Positions 1-11,079 of a stretch of DNA of 64,000 nucleotides are shown here, piece after piece. Below the pieces are notes generated by a model. That model was not told the DNA's origin. It saw only the letters and a program-made list of their open reading frames with translations, and did not search any database. Numbering within the stretch: the first letter of the stretch is position 1; the number at the start of each line of letters is the position of its first letter. The position numbers and the translations under genes are program-made. The stretch comes from Patescibacteria group bacterium (GTDB taxonomy: Bacteria; Patescibacteriota; Minisyncoccia; Phycocordibacterales; Phycocordibacteraceae): contig JAIELV010000001.1 in NCBI GenBank assembly GCA_019752595.1, forward strand, positions 248,486-312,485, in the 5' to 3' direction.

Positions 1-24
1 GTGTTCATAAAAGGTCGCTAAACC

Positions 25-3000
25 ATGAACGCTATCTGGAATTTCTTTCTTGAGCGACGTCAATTCACGATTCTGGTTATCGTGTCTTTGGTCATTGCTG
101 GGACTATTTCGGTTCTCGCAATGCCGAAGGAATCCACTCCTGAAGTAACTGTCCCTATTGCCGTTATTACGACCACTTTGCGTGGCGCTTCACCTGAAGA
201 CGTAGCGAAACTAGTTACGAAAGAGGTAGAAAAAGAAGTTGCAACCGTTTCTAACATCGACACACTTACTTCGTCATCACGCGAAGGGATTTCCTTTGTG
301 ACGGTACAGTTTGACGCGTCCGCAGATTTAGAAAAATCAATTCAGGACGTAAAAGATGCAGTGGACCGTGCGAAAGCATCACTCCCGCGAGATGCTGATG
401 ACCCTATGGTCGCTCAGGTCGACTTTGCAAATGAGCCTGTGTTGATGTTTTCACTCTCAGGCGGCCTTCCTCCTGCTGAATTTAACCGTCTCTCAAAAGA
501 AGTTACCGATGAGCTTGAAAAAATTCCAGGGATTTCTCGTGTTGAGGCATCGGGTGTTCGTGAGCGCGAAGCGCAAATTATCCTTCGCAAAGAAGCACTC
601 GCCTCATATGGCATAACAAGTGCGGAAGTGTTGGGTGCAATACAGTCGGCAAATGCCGCACTTCCTGTTGGCTCTATTAGTGTTGATGGAACGGAGTATT
701 CAATCAACTTCAAAGGCGGACTTGAGGATCCGAAGGACCTCTACCAGGTTATCGTCGGTTCTGCAGGTGGCAGGCCAGTGTATCTTTCTGACGTCTCGGA
801 TATTGTTGACGGTATTGAGCGCGCCCGAAGCTTTGCGCGTGTGTCTATAGACGCACAACCTGCGGAACCTGCCATCAACATGATGGTCTACAAACAAAGT
901 GGAGGAGACATTATTGCAGTTGTTGGGAAGGTTGAAAAAGAACTAGAAGAAATGCAAAAAACGGGCGGTACGTTGGACGGCATTGCAGTTCTCACCACCT
1001 ACTCCGCTGCGGAAGAAGTGACCGACAGTCTGACAGAACTCACGCGTGTAGGTATTGAGACGATGATTCTCGTGATGCTTGTTTTGTTTTTGACTATCGG
1101 TTGGCGTGAATCGGTTGTTGCAGGCCTTTCCGTTCCTCTTTCCTTCGTCATTGCATTCATTGGCCTCTACGCATCCGGAAATACTATTAACTTTGTTTCC
1201 CTCTTCTCTCTGATTCTTGCCATCGGTATTCTTGTTGACTCAGGCATCGTGGTGACGGAAGCAATTCATACGCGTTTCAAAAAATTCGGCGACCCGCTTT
1301 TGGCTGCCAAAGAAGCGATTCGCGAGTACGCATGGCCTCTGACCGCAGGAACCATGGCAACAGTGGCTTTCTTTATCCCTCTTTTCTTCATCTCGGGAAT
1401 CACTGGTGAATTCATTAAATCAATTCCCTTCACCATCATTTTCGTTCTGATTGCATCCCTTGTCGTCGCGCTTGGCTTTGTGCCGTTGATTGCGATTATG
1501 TTCACGAAATCTGAAATGAACGCCCTCGAAAAGAAACAAGAGGAGTTAAACGAGAAATTCAATCTCTGGTACCGCGGATGGCTCATGGGCATTCTCAAAG
1601 ACAAAAAATTCCAACGGCGATTTGTGTGGGGGGTTATGGGTGTTTTTCTCTTGTCCTTGGTGATGCCGATGACAGGCCTGGTAAAAACCATATTCTTCCC
1701 AGGCGATGACATGGATCTCATGTATGTTGAAATTGAAGCACTACAAGGGACACCGCTTGAACGCACCGACCTTGCAGCTCGTGCTGTAGAAGAAATACTC
1801 TACGAGAATCCAAACATTGAATCATTCGCGACCACTATTGGCGCATCGTCGGCTTTTAATCAAAATGGTTCTTCAGGCAACGGAAAACTGGCAAACATAA
1901 CGGTAAACCTCGTACCGAAAGAAAAACGAAAGAAAAGCTCATCAGAATTGCGCACGGAAATTGCAAAATCCTTAGAATCATTTCGAACATTTAAAGTATC
2001 TGTGTACGAACCTGAAGGTGGACCTCCATCAGGTGCACCTGTCGTCGTGAAATTTAAGGGGGAAAACCTAGATGACCTCACTCGCGCTGTTGATATAGGA
2101 GAGCGCATTATGACTTCTATTGAAGGCACGCGCGACGTCACTGCTTCAAACAGGGACAACGGTAGCGGGTTTACCCTTTCAATTGACCGAGCAAAGGCGG
2201 CGCAGGTTGGCCTTTCGCCTGCACAAGTAGCAGGAACACTGCGCACGGCTGTCTCGGGTTCTGTGGCGACAACCATCGTAAAAGATGACGGCGACATTGA
2301 TGTCTTAGTGCTCACGAATCTCAACGCTGACTGGAGAGAACCTTCAGAAACAAACGACACCACGATTGACGCAATACAAAATCTTTCTATCTCTACTCCT
2401 CGAGGCCAAATACTTCTTGGTTCGCTTTTGGTAAGTTCGTTAGATCAAGCAAATGCCTCAATCTCGCGCGAAGACCAAGAAAACGTTGCTTCTGTTTCGA
2501 GTTACCTGAAAGAGGGAGCCAACGCACTGACTATTACTCAGGAATTTAAACGACTGATTGCTGCAGAAACACTACCCGAAACGGTGACAGTGACGTTGGG
2601 TGGAGAAACTGAAAACGTAGATCAGTCGTTTGCAGAAATGGGGTACGCGCTTCTCGGTGGCATTGTATTGACGTTTGCGATTCTTGTACTTGCCTTTAAC
2701 TCGTTTCGCTTCTCGTGGTACTTGATTGTTCTGATTCCTTACTCACTGATAGGGGTGATGGCGGGGCTCTTCCTAACAGGATCTCCACTCTCCTTCCCCT
2801 CACTTCTTGGAGTGATTGCGCTTGCGGGCGTCATTATTAACCACGCAATCATTCTCGTCGACTCAATCATCATCCGCATGAAAGACGCAAAAGATCGAAG
2901 CCTTGAAGAAGTTATTGTTGACGCAGCTGCAAGTCGTTTGCGACCAATTGTTTTGACCACGCTTACCACCGTTATCGGTATGGTGCCGTTGTCCGCTGCT

Positions 3001-3123
3001 TCAGGACTTTGGGGGCCCCTCGCGTTCGCAATTATGTTCGGTCTTACGTTCGCGATGGTGCTCACACTCGTACTTACCCCTATCCTTGTGTTCAGAAATC
3101 CTGGCAAAGTGTATTGGAAGTAA
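25..3123 (+). CDS. RND-family (AcrB/AcrD/AcrF) efflux permease
   Basis: 1032 aa, two large extracytoplasmic loops, two TM bundles, motifs GILVDSGIVVTE and RLRPIVLTTLTT. An upstream ORF ends at nt 21. Confidence 0.95.
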   Translation: MNAIWNFFLERRQFTILVIVSLVIAGTISVLAMPKESTPEVTVPIAVITTTLRGASPEDVAKLVTKEVEKEVATVSNIDTLTSSSREGISFVTVQFDASADLEKSIQDVKDAVDRAKASLPRDADDPMVAQVDFANEPVLMFSLSGGLPPAEFNRLSKEVTDELEKIPGISRVEASGVREREAQIILRKEALASYGITSAEVLGAIQSANAALPVGSISVDGTEYSINFKGGLEDPKDLYQVIVGSAGGRPVYLSDVSDIVDGIERARSFARVSIDAQPAEPAINMMVYKQSGGDIIAVVGKVEKELEEMQKTGGTLDGIAVLTTYSAAEEVTDSLTELTRVGIETMILVMLVLFLTIGWRESVVAGLSVPLSFVIAFIGLYASGNTINFVSLFSLILAIGILVDSGIVVTEAIHTRFKKFGDPLLAAKEAIREYAWPLTAGTMATVAFFIPLFFISGITGEFIKSIPFTIIFVLIASLVVALGFVPLIAIMFTKSEMNALEKKQEELNEKFNLWYRGWLMGILKDKKFQRRFVWGVMGVFLLSLVMPMTGLVKTIFFPGDDMDLMYVEIEALQGTPLERTDLAARAVEEILYENPNIESFATTIGASSAFNQNGSSGNGKLANITVNLVPKEKRKKSSSELRTEIAKSLESFRTFKVSVYEPEGGPPSGAPVVVKFKGENLDDLTRAVDIGERIMTSIEGTRDVTASNRDNGSGFTLSIDRAKAAQVGLSPAQVAGTLRTAVSGSVATTIVKDDGDIDVLVLTNLNADWREPSETNDTTIDAIQNLSISTPRGQILLGSLLVSSLDQANASISREDQENVASVSSYLKEGANALTITQEFKRLIAAETLPETVTVTLGGETENVDQSFAEMGYALLGGIVLTFAILVLAFNSFRFSWYLIVLIPYSLIGVMAGLFLTGSPLSFPSLLGVIALAGVIINHAIILVDSIIIRMKDAKDRSLEEVIVDAAASRLRPIVLTTLTTVIGMVPLSAASGLWGPLAFAIMFGLTFAMVLTLVLTPILVFRNPGKVYWK

Positions 3124-3126
3124 AAT

Positions 3127-3155
3127 TTGACATTGGTTACTTATTAATGTAGAAA
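3127..3155 (+). promoter_or_regulatory. Putative sigma70 promoter
   Basis: TTGACA-N17-TAGAAA upstream of ORF 3187. Confidence 0.5.
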
Positions 3156-3186
3156 GTGGTATTACAGGTTTTTTGATTGCATAACT

Positions 3187-3609
3187 ATGTTTAGAGACGG
3201 ACGAAATATTTTGCTTGCAGGATTAGTAGCAACAGGAGCTGCGTGCACGGAGGCGCCTCGCCAAACTGGTGATCGCATCCTACGCATGGATATCGAATCA
3301 GCATGCAAACCAGGCCAAGAAGAAATTGACGGTCGTATGATTGCTGACGAACTTCGGCCTGTCCGAGAGTTTGGATACAGAATTCCTGGCGGATACGGTT
3401 TTGACAGTGAATTGGTACAGGGTTTTGCTGATTCATATCGAGACTGTACTCCAGGTGATTTTGATGTGGCTTCAACAATACTGCACGAAGAGAGCGACGG
3501 AGTTGAATATGTAGACCATGTGCTCTTGTACAACGTGAGAAATGCCGTTAGTGTTGGCCTTGGAAGACCGTATCGTGAAATTAACCTTGGCGAAAGCCGA
3601 GAAGATTAG
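3187..3609 (+). CDS. Hypothetical protein, possible lipoprotein
   Basis: N-terminal hydrophobic stretch ending ATGAAC; flanked by a promoter and a terminator. Confidence 0.6.
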   Translation: MFRDGRNILLAGLVATGAACTEAPRQTGDRILRMDIESACKPGQEEIDGRMIADELRPVREFGYRIPGGYGFDSELVQGFADSYRDCTPGDFDVASTILHEESDGVEYVDHVLLYNVRNAVSVGLGRPYREINLGESRED

Positions 3610-3614
3610 ACAGC

Positions 3615-3641
3615 AAAAACGCCCTTTCTGGGGCGTTTTTT
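3615..3641. terminator. Intrinsic terminator, possibly bidirectional
   Basis: AAAAACGCCC-TTTCTG-GGGCGTTTTTT. Confidence 0.8.
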
Positions 3642-3710
3642 GTATTTAACTTTTAACGTATTTGGGTGTAGGCTAGTCTCAATAAATCATTAGGCGCAAA
3701 GACTGTTGCC

Positions 3711-4097
3711 ATGAACACTCACGAAAGCATCGAAAGAAAAAAGAAGAGGCACTTCGGCGCTACGGTATTTTTGACAGCTTTTCTTTCGGCGTGCGTGCCA
3801 CAACCATCTACCCCAACCCCTTCTGAGGCGGGCACGACAAACACCTCGCGAGGAGGTGTACCAGGAAGTGTCGCTGAACTTCAGGCACGCTATGAGGCAG
3901 CTGCAGCGGCCGAAGAGTTATACATTCAATGTATGGAGCGTTACTTCCCTACGTATCGTGCTGATGTAGAGACATACGGTTCCGTGTTTACTGGCGACCC
4001 TTTGGACGACACACCACACCCCTCAGTGGAAGGATGCCGCGCAGAAAGAGATGCACGGAATACTGCTGCGCGCACTATTGGACTTCCACCGATATAG
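3711..4097 (+). CDS. Hypothetical lipoprotein
   Basis: Basic N-region, hydrophobic core, lipobox LSAC, then a Pro/Thr linker. Confidence 0.65.
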   Translation: MNTHESIERKKKRHFGATVFLTAFLSACVPQPSTPTPSEAGTTNTSRGGVPGSVAELQARYEAAAAAEELYIQCMERYFPTYRADVETYGSVFTGDPLDDTPHPSVEGCRAERDARNTAARTIGLPPI

Positions 4098-4113
4098 TTG
4101 ATCTTTACTATTT

Positions 4114-4344
4114 TTAAAGCAGAATAGTTACCTGATTGTTCGACACTTCAAGTACTCCGCCTGGAACTTCAAAGTTTTGCGTTCCTTCCTTTGTTCTTAT
4201 CGTTACAACTCCTGGGAGAACATTTGATACAAATGCCTCGTGATTTGGCATGACGGTAATTTCACCCGCGCCAGTTTGCACAGTAACTGAAAGCGCTTCG
4301 CCTGAGAAAACGTTTTCGTGAACTTTTGTTATTGCAACGCGCAT
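4114..4344 (-). CDS. atpC: ATP synthase epsilon subunit, N-terminal beta domain only
   Basis: Last gene of atp operon; GEITVMPNH and VPGGVLEV motifs; 76 aa. Confidence 0.9.
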   Translation of the reverse strand: MRVAITKVHENVFSGEALSVTVQTGAGEITVMPNHEAFVSNVLPGVVTIRTKEGTQNFEVPGGVLEVSNNQVTILL

Positions 4345-4363
4345 GCTTTTAGGAATACGAACC

Positions 4364-5734
<1,371 letters not shown>

Positions 5735-5756
5735 TTATGTATATATACCTTATTAA

Positions 5757-6677
5757 TTATTTTGCCGCCATGGCCTCAATGCCGCCGACAATCTCCGAAA
5801 CCTCCCTAGTAATCATCGCCTGTCGCGCCTTATTAAAGGTACGGGTCAGTGCTTTCGAGAGGTCACGTGATTTATCAGATGCATTCTTCATGGCAATCAT
5901 ACGAGCAGAATGTTCAGATGCTTTTGACTCGAGAAGTGAGTGGTAAAAAAGAACCCCCACAAGGCTCGATATCAAATCATTGACCACTGCTTCTGGTGAC
6001 GGTTCAACGGTATAAAAAACTGGCGCAGGACGCGTTGTTGCAGGTGCTGGTACCTTTCCTTTCTCAGGTGTGATTCCCTTTACAACAGCGCTCAGTGTCT
6101 CAAGAGAGAGTGGTAGAACCGTATGAGCGATTGCACTCTGCTCAAAGGTCGAGCGAAAGTTGGTGTAGATAATATCAACGCGATCGTAATCTTTTTCTGC
6201 AAACGCACGCGCGATGTCGTTTGAAACCTTCGAAAGATCACCTACGACGATATCGTCTGAAACGTTCTCAAAACGTTCAACAATGGTGTAACCACGACGT
6301 TCAAAAAACTCCGCACCTTTTCTGCCAAACGCGTAGATTGAAATCATCTCTGTCGGCAACCCAGAAGCTTGCACGCGCAGATATGCTTCTCGAATTACTG
6401 CTGCATTCAAAATACCGCAGAGGCCCTTGTCCGAGGTCACCACAACAAATGCCGCTTTTTTTACTTCTCTGCTCTCAGTAAGCGGGTGACGGACTGTTGA
6501 AAGAGAAACACTCATACGTTCAAGGATAGAAAGCGCAGAATTTGCATACGGACGAGCCGTAATGGCACGCACCTGCGACTTACGCATTTTGACTGCGGAA
6601 ACCGCTTCCATTGCCTTCGTCACCTTTCGGGTACGATCAACAGACTTTATTTTGTTTTTAATATCTTTGAGCGCCAT
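5757..6677 (-). CDS. atpG: ATP synthase gamma subunit
   Basis: KVTKAMEAVS, TSDKGLCG, ARQAMITREVSEI. Confidence 0.98.
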   Translation of the reverse strand: MALKDIKNKIKSVDRTRKVTKAMEAVSAVKMRKSQVRAITARPYANSALSILERMSVSLSTVRHPLTESREVKKAAFVVVTSDKGLCGILNAAVIREAYLRVQASGLPTEMISIYAFGRKGAEFFERRGYTIVERFENVSDDIVVGDLSKVSNDIARAFAEKDYDRVDIIYTNFRSTFEQSAIAHTVLPLSLETLSAVVKGITPEKGKVPAPATTRPAPVFYTVEPSPEAVVNDLISSLVGVLFYHSLLESKASEHSARMIAMKNASDKSRDLSKALTRTFNKARQAMITREVSEIVGGIEAMAAK

Positions 6678-6738
6678 TGTTTTGTTATGAGCGAAGCGAA
6701 TTAGAAAACATTAAGTACTCGTAGGGGTGCGTCATGTG

Positions 6739-8289
6739 TTATCCGAGGGACGATACGAAAGATTGAATAGCTGACTTCAAATCGGCTTCAGTCTTTTCTG
6801 AAATCGCTTTTTCAGTTTTTATTGCTTCAAGAACACCCTTAGCTTCACGATCTAAAAACGCAAGGAATTTTTCTTCTACATCGCTAATTTTTTCAGCTGA
6901 ATATGCGTCAAAGAAACCGTTTGTGACAGCGTATATGGCAACTACTTGTCGTTCAAAAGGAGCTGGGGCATTCTTTTTCTGATTCAACAACGCGGATAGT
7001 CGTCGTCCACCGTCAATGCGCTTCTTGGTGTCTGCATCCAAGTCCTGTGAGAACTGCATGAACGCTTCAAGTTCCCTGAACTGTGCGAGATCAAGTTTGA
7101 TGCGGCCCGACACTTTCTTCATTGCCTTTGTCTGAGCAGCTGAACCCACACGCGACACAGAGATACCAACGTTAATTGCAGGGCGCGTACCTTTGTTGAA
7201 CAAATCAGCTTCTAGAAAGAGTTGTCCGTCCGTAATTGAAATAACGTTCGTCGGAATGTAGGCGGATACGTCGCCGTCCTGCGTTTCAATAATCGGAAGC
7301 GCGGTAATAGAACCGCCACCCTTTTCTTTGGAGAGTTTCGCAGCGCGCTCCAGAAGGCGTGAGTGAAGGTAGAAAATGTCTCCTGGATACGCTTCTCGGC
7401 CTGGCGGACGACGAAGAAGGAGTGAGAGCTGACGATATGCAACGGCTTGCTTGGAGAGATCATCGTAAATAATCAATACATCTTTCCCTTTCTCCATGAA
7501 GTACTCTGCGATAGATACACCTCCGAACGGTGCCAAGAATTGGAATGCCGCAGGAGCGGATGCAGGGGCAGAAACGATAATTGAATATTCCATAGCGCCG
7601 CGTTCCTGGAGAAGTGTAGCGATGCGCGCGGTTTTTGACTCTTTCTGACCGATAGCGACGTAAATACAAATTGGTCTATTTTCTTTTGACTCATTCAGCT
7701 GGTTCAAAATTGCATCAATCGCCACAGTGGTCTTTCCTGTACCTCGGTCACCGATGATGAGTTCGCGCTGTCCACGTCCCAAAGGGTTCAAAGAGTCAAT
7801 TGCTTTAGTACCTGTATGCATCGGGGTATTCACCGGCGCTCTATCCATCACGCCGTATGCCACGCGTTCAATTGGCATGGTTTTGTCGGTCTTAATGGCG
7901 CCCTTGCCGTCAATTGGTTCGCCGATTGAGTCTACGATTCTACCGACGATTGCATCCCCTACTGGAATTGAAAGGAGGCGCTTCGTGCGCTTCACGAGCA
8001 TACCCTCGGTAATACGTGAAGAGTCGCCCAAGACAATTGCTTTTACGGAATCTTCTTCAAGGTTCAAAATCACGCCGTAGAGCGCACCGTCTTTTGAAAT
8101 TGCCGACTTTACGTCCGCCGTGCTTGATTCATCAAATGAAATCATCTCCGCCATCATGGCGCCCTCGAGTCCTTCGATTTCAACAATCCCGTCGCCCACC
8201 GTGCGTACGACACCAACTTCAGTCGCCTCCTTTGAATCGGAGAACGATTCTATTTCTTTCTTCAGTCTTTCAATGATTGATGCGTCCAT
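6739..8289 (-). CDS. atpA: ATP synthase alpha subunit
   Basis: GDRGTGKT, RRPPGREAYPGD, PAINVGISVSRVG. Confidence 0.99.
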   Translation of the reverse strand: MDASIIERLKKEIESFSDSKEATEVGVVRTVGDGIVEIEGLEGAMMAEMISFDESSTADVKSAISKDGALYGVILNLEEDSVKAIVLGDSSRITEGMLVKRTKRLLSIPVGDAIVGRIVDSIGEPIDGKGAIKTDKTMPIERVAYGVMDRAPVNTPMHTGTKAIDSLNPLGRGQRELIIGDRGTGKTTVAIDAILNQLNESKENRPICIYVAIGQKESKTARIATLLQERGAMEYSIIVSAPASAPAAFQFLAPFGGVSIAEYFMEKGKDVLIIYDDLSKQAVAYRQLSLLLRRPPGREAYPGDIFYLHSRLLERAAKLSKEKGGGSITALPIIETQDGDVSAYIPTNVISITDGQLFLEADLFNKGTRPAINVGISVSRVGSAAQTKAMKKVSGRIKLDLAQFRELEAFMQFSQDLDADTKKRIDGGRRLSALLNQKKNAPAPFERQVVAIYAVTNGFFDAYSAEKISDVEEKFLAFLDREAKGVLEAIKTEKAISEKTEADLKSAIQSFVSSLG

Positions 8290-8303
8290 ACTATTTTTTA
8301 TTA

Positions 8304-8681
8304 TTAAAAACGGGCGATGCTTCGGTAGAGGGATACCAAAGCGCTTCTAAAACTGTTATCGATTAACTTTCCCTTTGCACGAACTGTGTATCCACCCACC
8401 ATACGCTCATCCTCGATAACCACATGATGTGTGTCAGCTGAGAGAGACTTGAGGGCAGCGGAAATGCCTGCCTTATATTTATCAGTGTCGTTCTTCTTGG
8501 CTACCGTTACTGTCGTTATTCCTTTTTTTGAAGCGCGCGCAGTGAGTCTGAGAACTTGCGAGAGCAGCGAGAGATGGCCTTTCGCTTTCATGTACTTCAA
8601 GAGCTTCTCTGCAAACGGCTTACCGAGGTTATTCTCCTCAGCCTCCCGAATGACCGCAGCGTACGCGTGAGAAAAGGACAT
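8304..8681 (-). CDS. atpH: ATP synthase delta subunit (short form)
   Basis: Position between atpF and atpA; C-terminal DERMVGGYTVRAKGKLIDNS motif. Confidence 0.85.
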   Translation of the reverse strand: MSFSHAYAAVIREAEENNLGKPFAEKLLKYMKAKGHLSLLSQVLRLTARASKKGITTVTVAKKNDTDKYKAGISAALKSLSADTHHVVIEDERMVGGYTVRAKGKLIDNSFRSALVSLYRSIARF

Positions 8682-8684
8682 ATA

Positions 8685-9128
8685 TTATTTTGCGGAGAGA
8701 ATCTTCTCTGCGGCAAGAATCGCAGCGCGCGCGATTCCTTTTTCGCTCTCCTTCAGTGCTTTGCGTGAGAGTTCTGCAGCCTGAAGTTCCGCGTCCTTAA
8801 GGAGTGCTTCCGACTGTGCCTGTGCACGCTCCACTATCTTTGCGCGCTCTTCTTTACCAACCTCTACGGATTTCTGCACTCTGTCTTCCGCTTCACGCTC
8901 AGCAGCCGCAAGCACTTCTTTGCGCTGCTTTTCCGCTTCAAGAGCGTTTGATGAAGCTTGCTCAGCATCGCGAACCCCTTTCTCAATCAGTTCTTGTCGT
9001 TCCTTAAGAATTTTCAGAACTGGCTTGTAGAGGAAGAACGTCAAACCAGCAACCAAAAGGCCGAAGTTGACGGACTGCGCGAGGAGCAGTTTTCCGTTGA
9101 TGCCGAATGCTTCTATCAGTGCGTCCAT
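8685..9128 (-). CDS. atpF: ATP synthase b subunit
   Basis: N-terminal TM (QSVNF..LYKPV..ERQ) followed by coiled coil. Confidence 0.95.
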   Translation of the reverse strand: MDALIEAFGINGKLLLAQSVNFGLLVAGLTFFLYKPVLKILKERQELIEKGVRDAEQASSNALEAEKQRKEVLAAAEREAEDRVQKSVEVGKEERAKIVERAQAQSEALLKDAELQAAELSRKALKESEKGIARAAILAAEKILSAK

Positions 9129-9150
9129 GCGGTTTCGAAAATAAAATTAT

Positions 9151-9384
<234 letters not shown>

Positions 9385-9406
9385 TTATTATGACTAATGT
9401 TTATAA

Positions 9407-10177
9407 CTAAGCGTGTGCCTCAGCATGTTCTTCACCGTGCGGCTCGGTAACCGAGAGCTTGATGAAAAACAGGGTGAGCAAAGAAAAAATAGCCGCCTGG
9501 ATGAACGCCACGAATACCTCAAAGAAGAGGAACGGGAGCGGCAACAAATATGCCGCAAAGAACATCAAGACGACTATAAGCAAGTGCCCCGCAAGAATGT
9601 TACCGAACAATCGGAACGACAACGAAACAAGTCGGGCCAGGTTGCCTATGATTTCAAGGATGCCGACGAAAAAGTTCATCGGCGAGCTAAAATTAACAAA
9701 TTTTGAGGCGTACTTCAAGAAACCAAGGTGTACTATCCCCGCTATTTCGATAACCAAGAACGAAATAATGGCGAGCGCAAGTGGGGTGTTTAGATCGGCG
9801 TTGACTGGATAGAAGAGGGGCATGAAGTGACCTTCGTGATCGACAAAGCCTACCGACTCCATAATCGGCAAGAAACCGACAAGATTCATGAAAAGAACAA
9901 ATACGAAGATAGAGGCAATCAAGGGGAAATACCGTTCTGCAAGCTTTACGTCCTCAAGAGCGTTTTTCATGTAATCCATAACGCCTGCGACGAACGATTC
10001 CACTACTACCTGCCCTTTTCCAGGCACCAATTTGAGGTTCCTACCTATGAAAAAGGCGGCGGCGAGTATAAGAATAGTGGTAATCCAGCTCGTGAGGATT
10101 GAGGGGGTCAGTGGAAACCCGCCAATGTCGGCAATGTGTTCAGGAGCTAACGCAATATGAAGACCTTCTGCGGCCAT
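9407..10177 (-). CDS. atpB: ATP synthase a subunit
   Basis: SLSFRLFGNILAGH and FIQAAIF motifs. Confidence 0.97.
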   Translation of the reverse strand: MAAEGLHIALAPEHIADIGGFPLTPSILTSWITTILILAAAFFIGRNLKLVPGKGQVVVESFVAGVMDYMKNALEDVKLAERYFPLIASIFVFVLFMNLVGFLPIMESVGFVDHEGHFMPLFYPVNADLNTPLALAIISFLVIEIAGIVHLGFLKYASKFVNFSSPMNFFVGILEIIGNLARLVSLSFRLFGNILAGHLLIVVLMFFAAYLLPLPFLFFEVFVAFIQAAIFSLLTLFFIKLSVTEPHGEEHAEAHA

Positions 10178-10246
10178 ATAGGGGGTAGTGTACCGTGCCC
10201 GTGGAGAGCCCGCAATCGTTACGTAATCCGATTGTATAATTTGGAC

Positions 10247-10549
10247 ATGAAAAACTTTATTCAGTTTATACGCGAACAGGGCGTTGTAGGGTTGGCTATC
10301 GGTTTTATCCTGGGTGGCGCCGTTTCCGAGCTCGTAAAGTCTTTTATTAATGACATTATCAATCCGCTTTTGGGTCTTTTGCTTGGCTCAGTCTCGGGAC
10401 TCAAGACTGCGTCACTCAGCGTATTTGGTGCCACCGTGGTATGGGGTAGTTTTGTAAACGTCTTCATTAACTTCGTCATCATCGCGGCCGTCGTCTACTA
10501 CGGCTTTAAGATGCTGGGACTCGAAAAACTCGATAAGAAAAAGGAGTAA
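10247..10549 (+). CDS. mscL: Large-conductance mechanosensitive channel
   Basis: FIREQGVVGLAIGFILGGA, DIINPLLG, GSFVNVFINF. Start moved to ATG 10247, 6 nt after TATAAT. Confidence 0.92.
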   Translation: MKNFIQFIREQGVVGLAIGFILGGAVSELVKSFINDIINPLLGLLLGSVSGLKTASLSVFGATVVWGSFVNVFINFVIIAAVVYYGFKMLGLEKLDKKKE

Positions 10550-10572
10550 CGGCAGTGACGTTTCATTCCTAC

Positions 10573-10610
10573 AAACACCTTCTCGGAAATGCGTCGAGAG
10601 GGTGTTTTTT
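10573..10610 (+). terminator. Intrinsic terminator after mscL
   Basis: AAACACCTTCTCG...CGAGAGGGTGTTT followed by TTT. Confidence 0.75.
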
Positions 10611-10615
10611 GTTAC

Positions 10616-10643
10616 TTGATTAATTTTATATTTATGATATAAT
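10616..10643 (+). promoter_or_regulatory. sigma70 promoter, leaderless arrangement
   Basis: TTGATT-N16-TATAAT with extended TG, 6 nt before ATG 10650. Confidence 0.7.
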
Positions 10644-10649
10644 GCTTAT

Positions 10650-11030
10650 ATGAATCGGATTCGCTTTAATCCTGAGTTTTTCTTTTCTCCTACTAAACGT
10701 CCGCGCAATCCGAATAAACTCGCCGTGCCGAAATGGAAATTTCGTGACCCAGTTTTAAATACAGCATTTGCGCCTGCCCGAAGTGGAGAGTCTCTTTTTT
10801 CTAAGGGAGAATCTGCTCACCTACTTGCAGTGACACACAGAATAACTCTGGATAGACTTTCTAATCTAAAACAAAAGTACATGGGTTACCTACTGGCAGT
10901 CAGTGGTGGAGGTATGGCATTACTTGGACCCGCAACCTATATAATCGATAATTTTAAACCAGGTATTCCTTTTACAGCTGTTGGTATAGCGGCGTTAGCC
11001 GTTGGGTTGAAAGTTTTACAGAAAAAATAA
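10650..11030 (+). CDS. Hypothetical membrane protein
   Basis: Two C-terminal hydrophobic segments; own promoter. Confidence 0.6.
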   Translation: MNRIRFNPEFFFSPTKRPRNPNKLAVPKWKFRDPVLNTAFAPARSGESLFSKGESAHLLAVTHRITLDRLSNLKQKYMGYLLAVSGGGMALLGPATYIIDNFKPGIPFTAVGIAALAVGLKVLQKK

Positions 11031-11079
11031 CCGTAACTTAGGGAAGAAATGTTACGTAAATAAATAGAGAAGCAAATAT

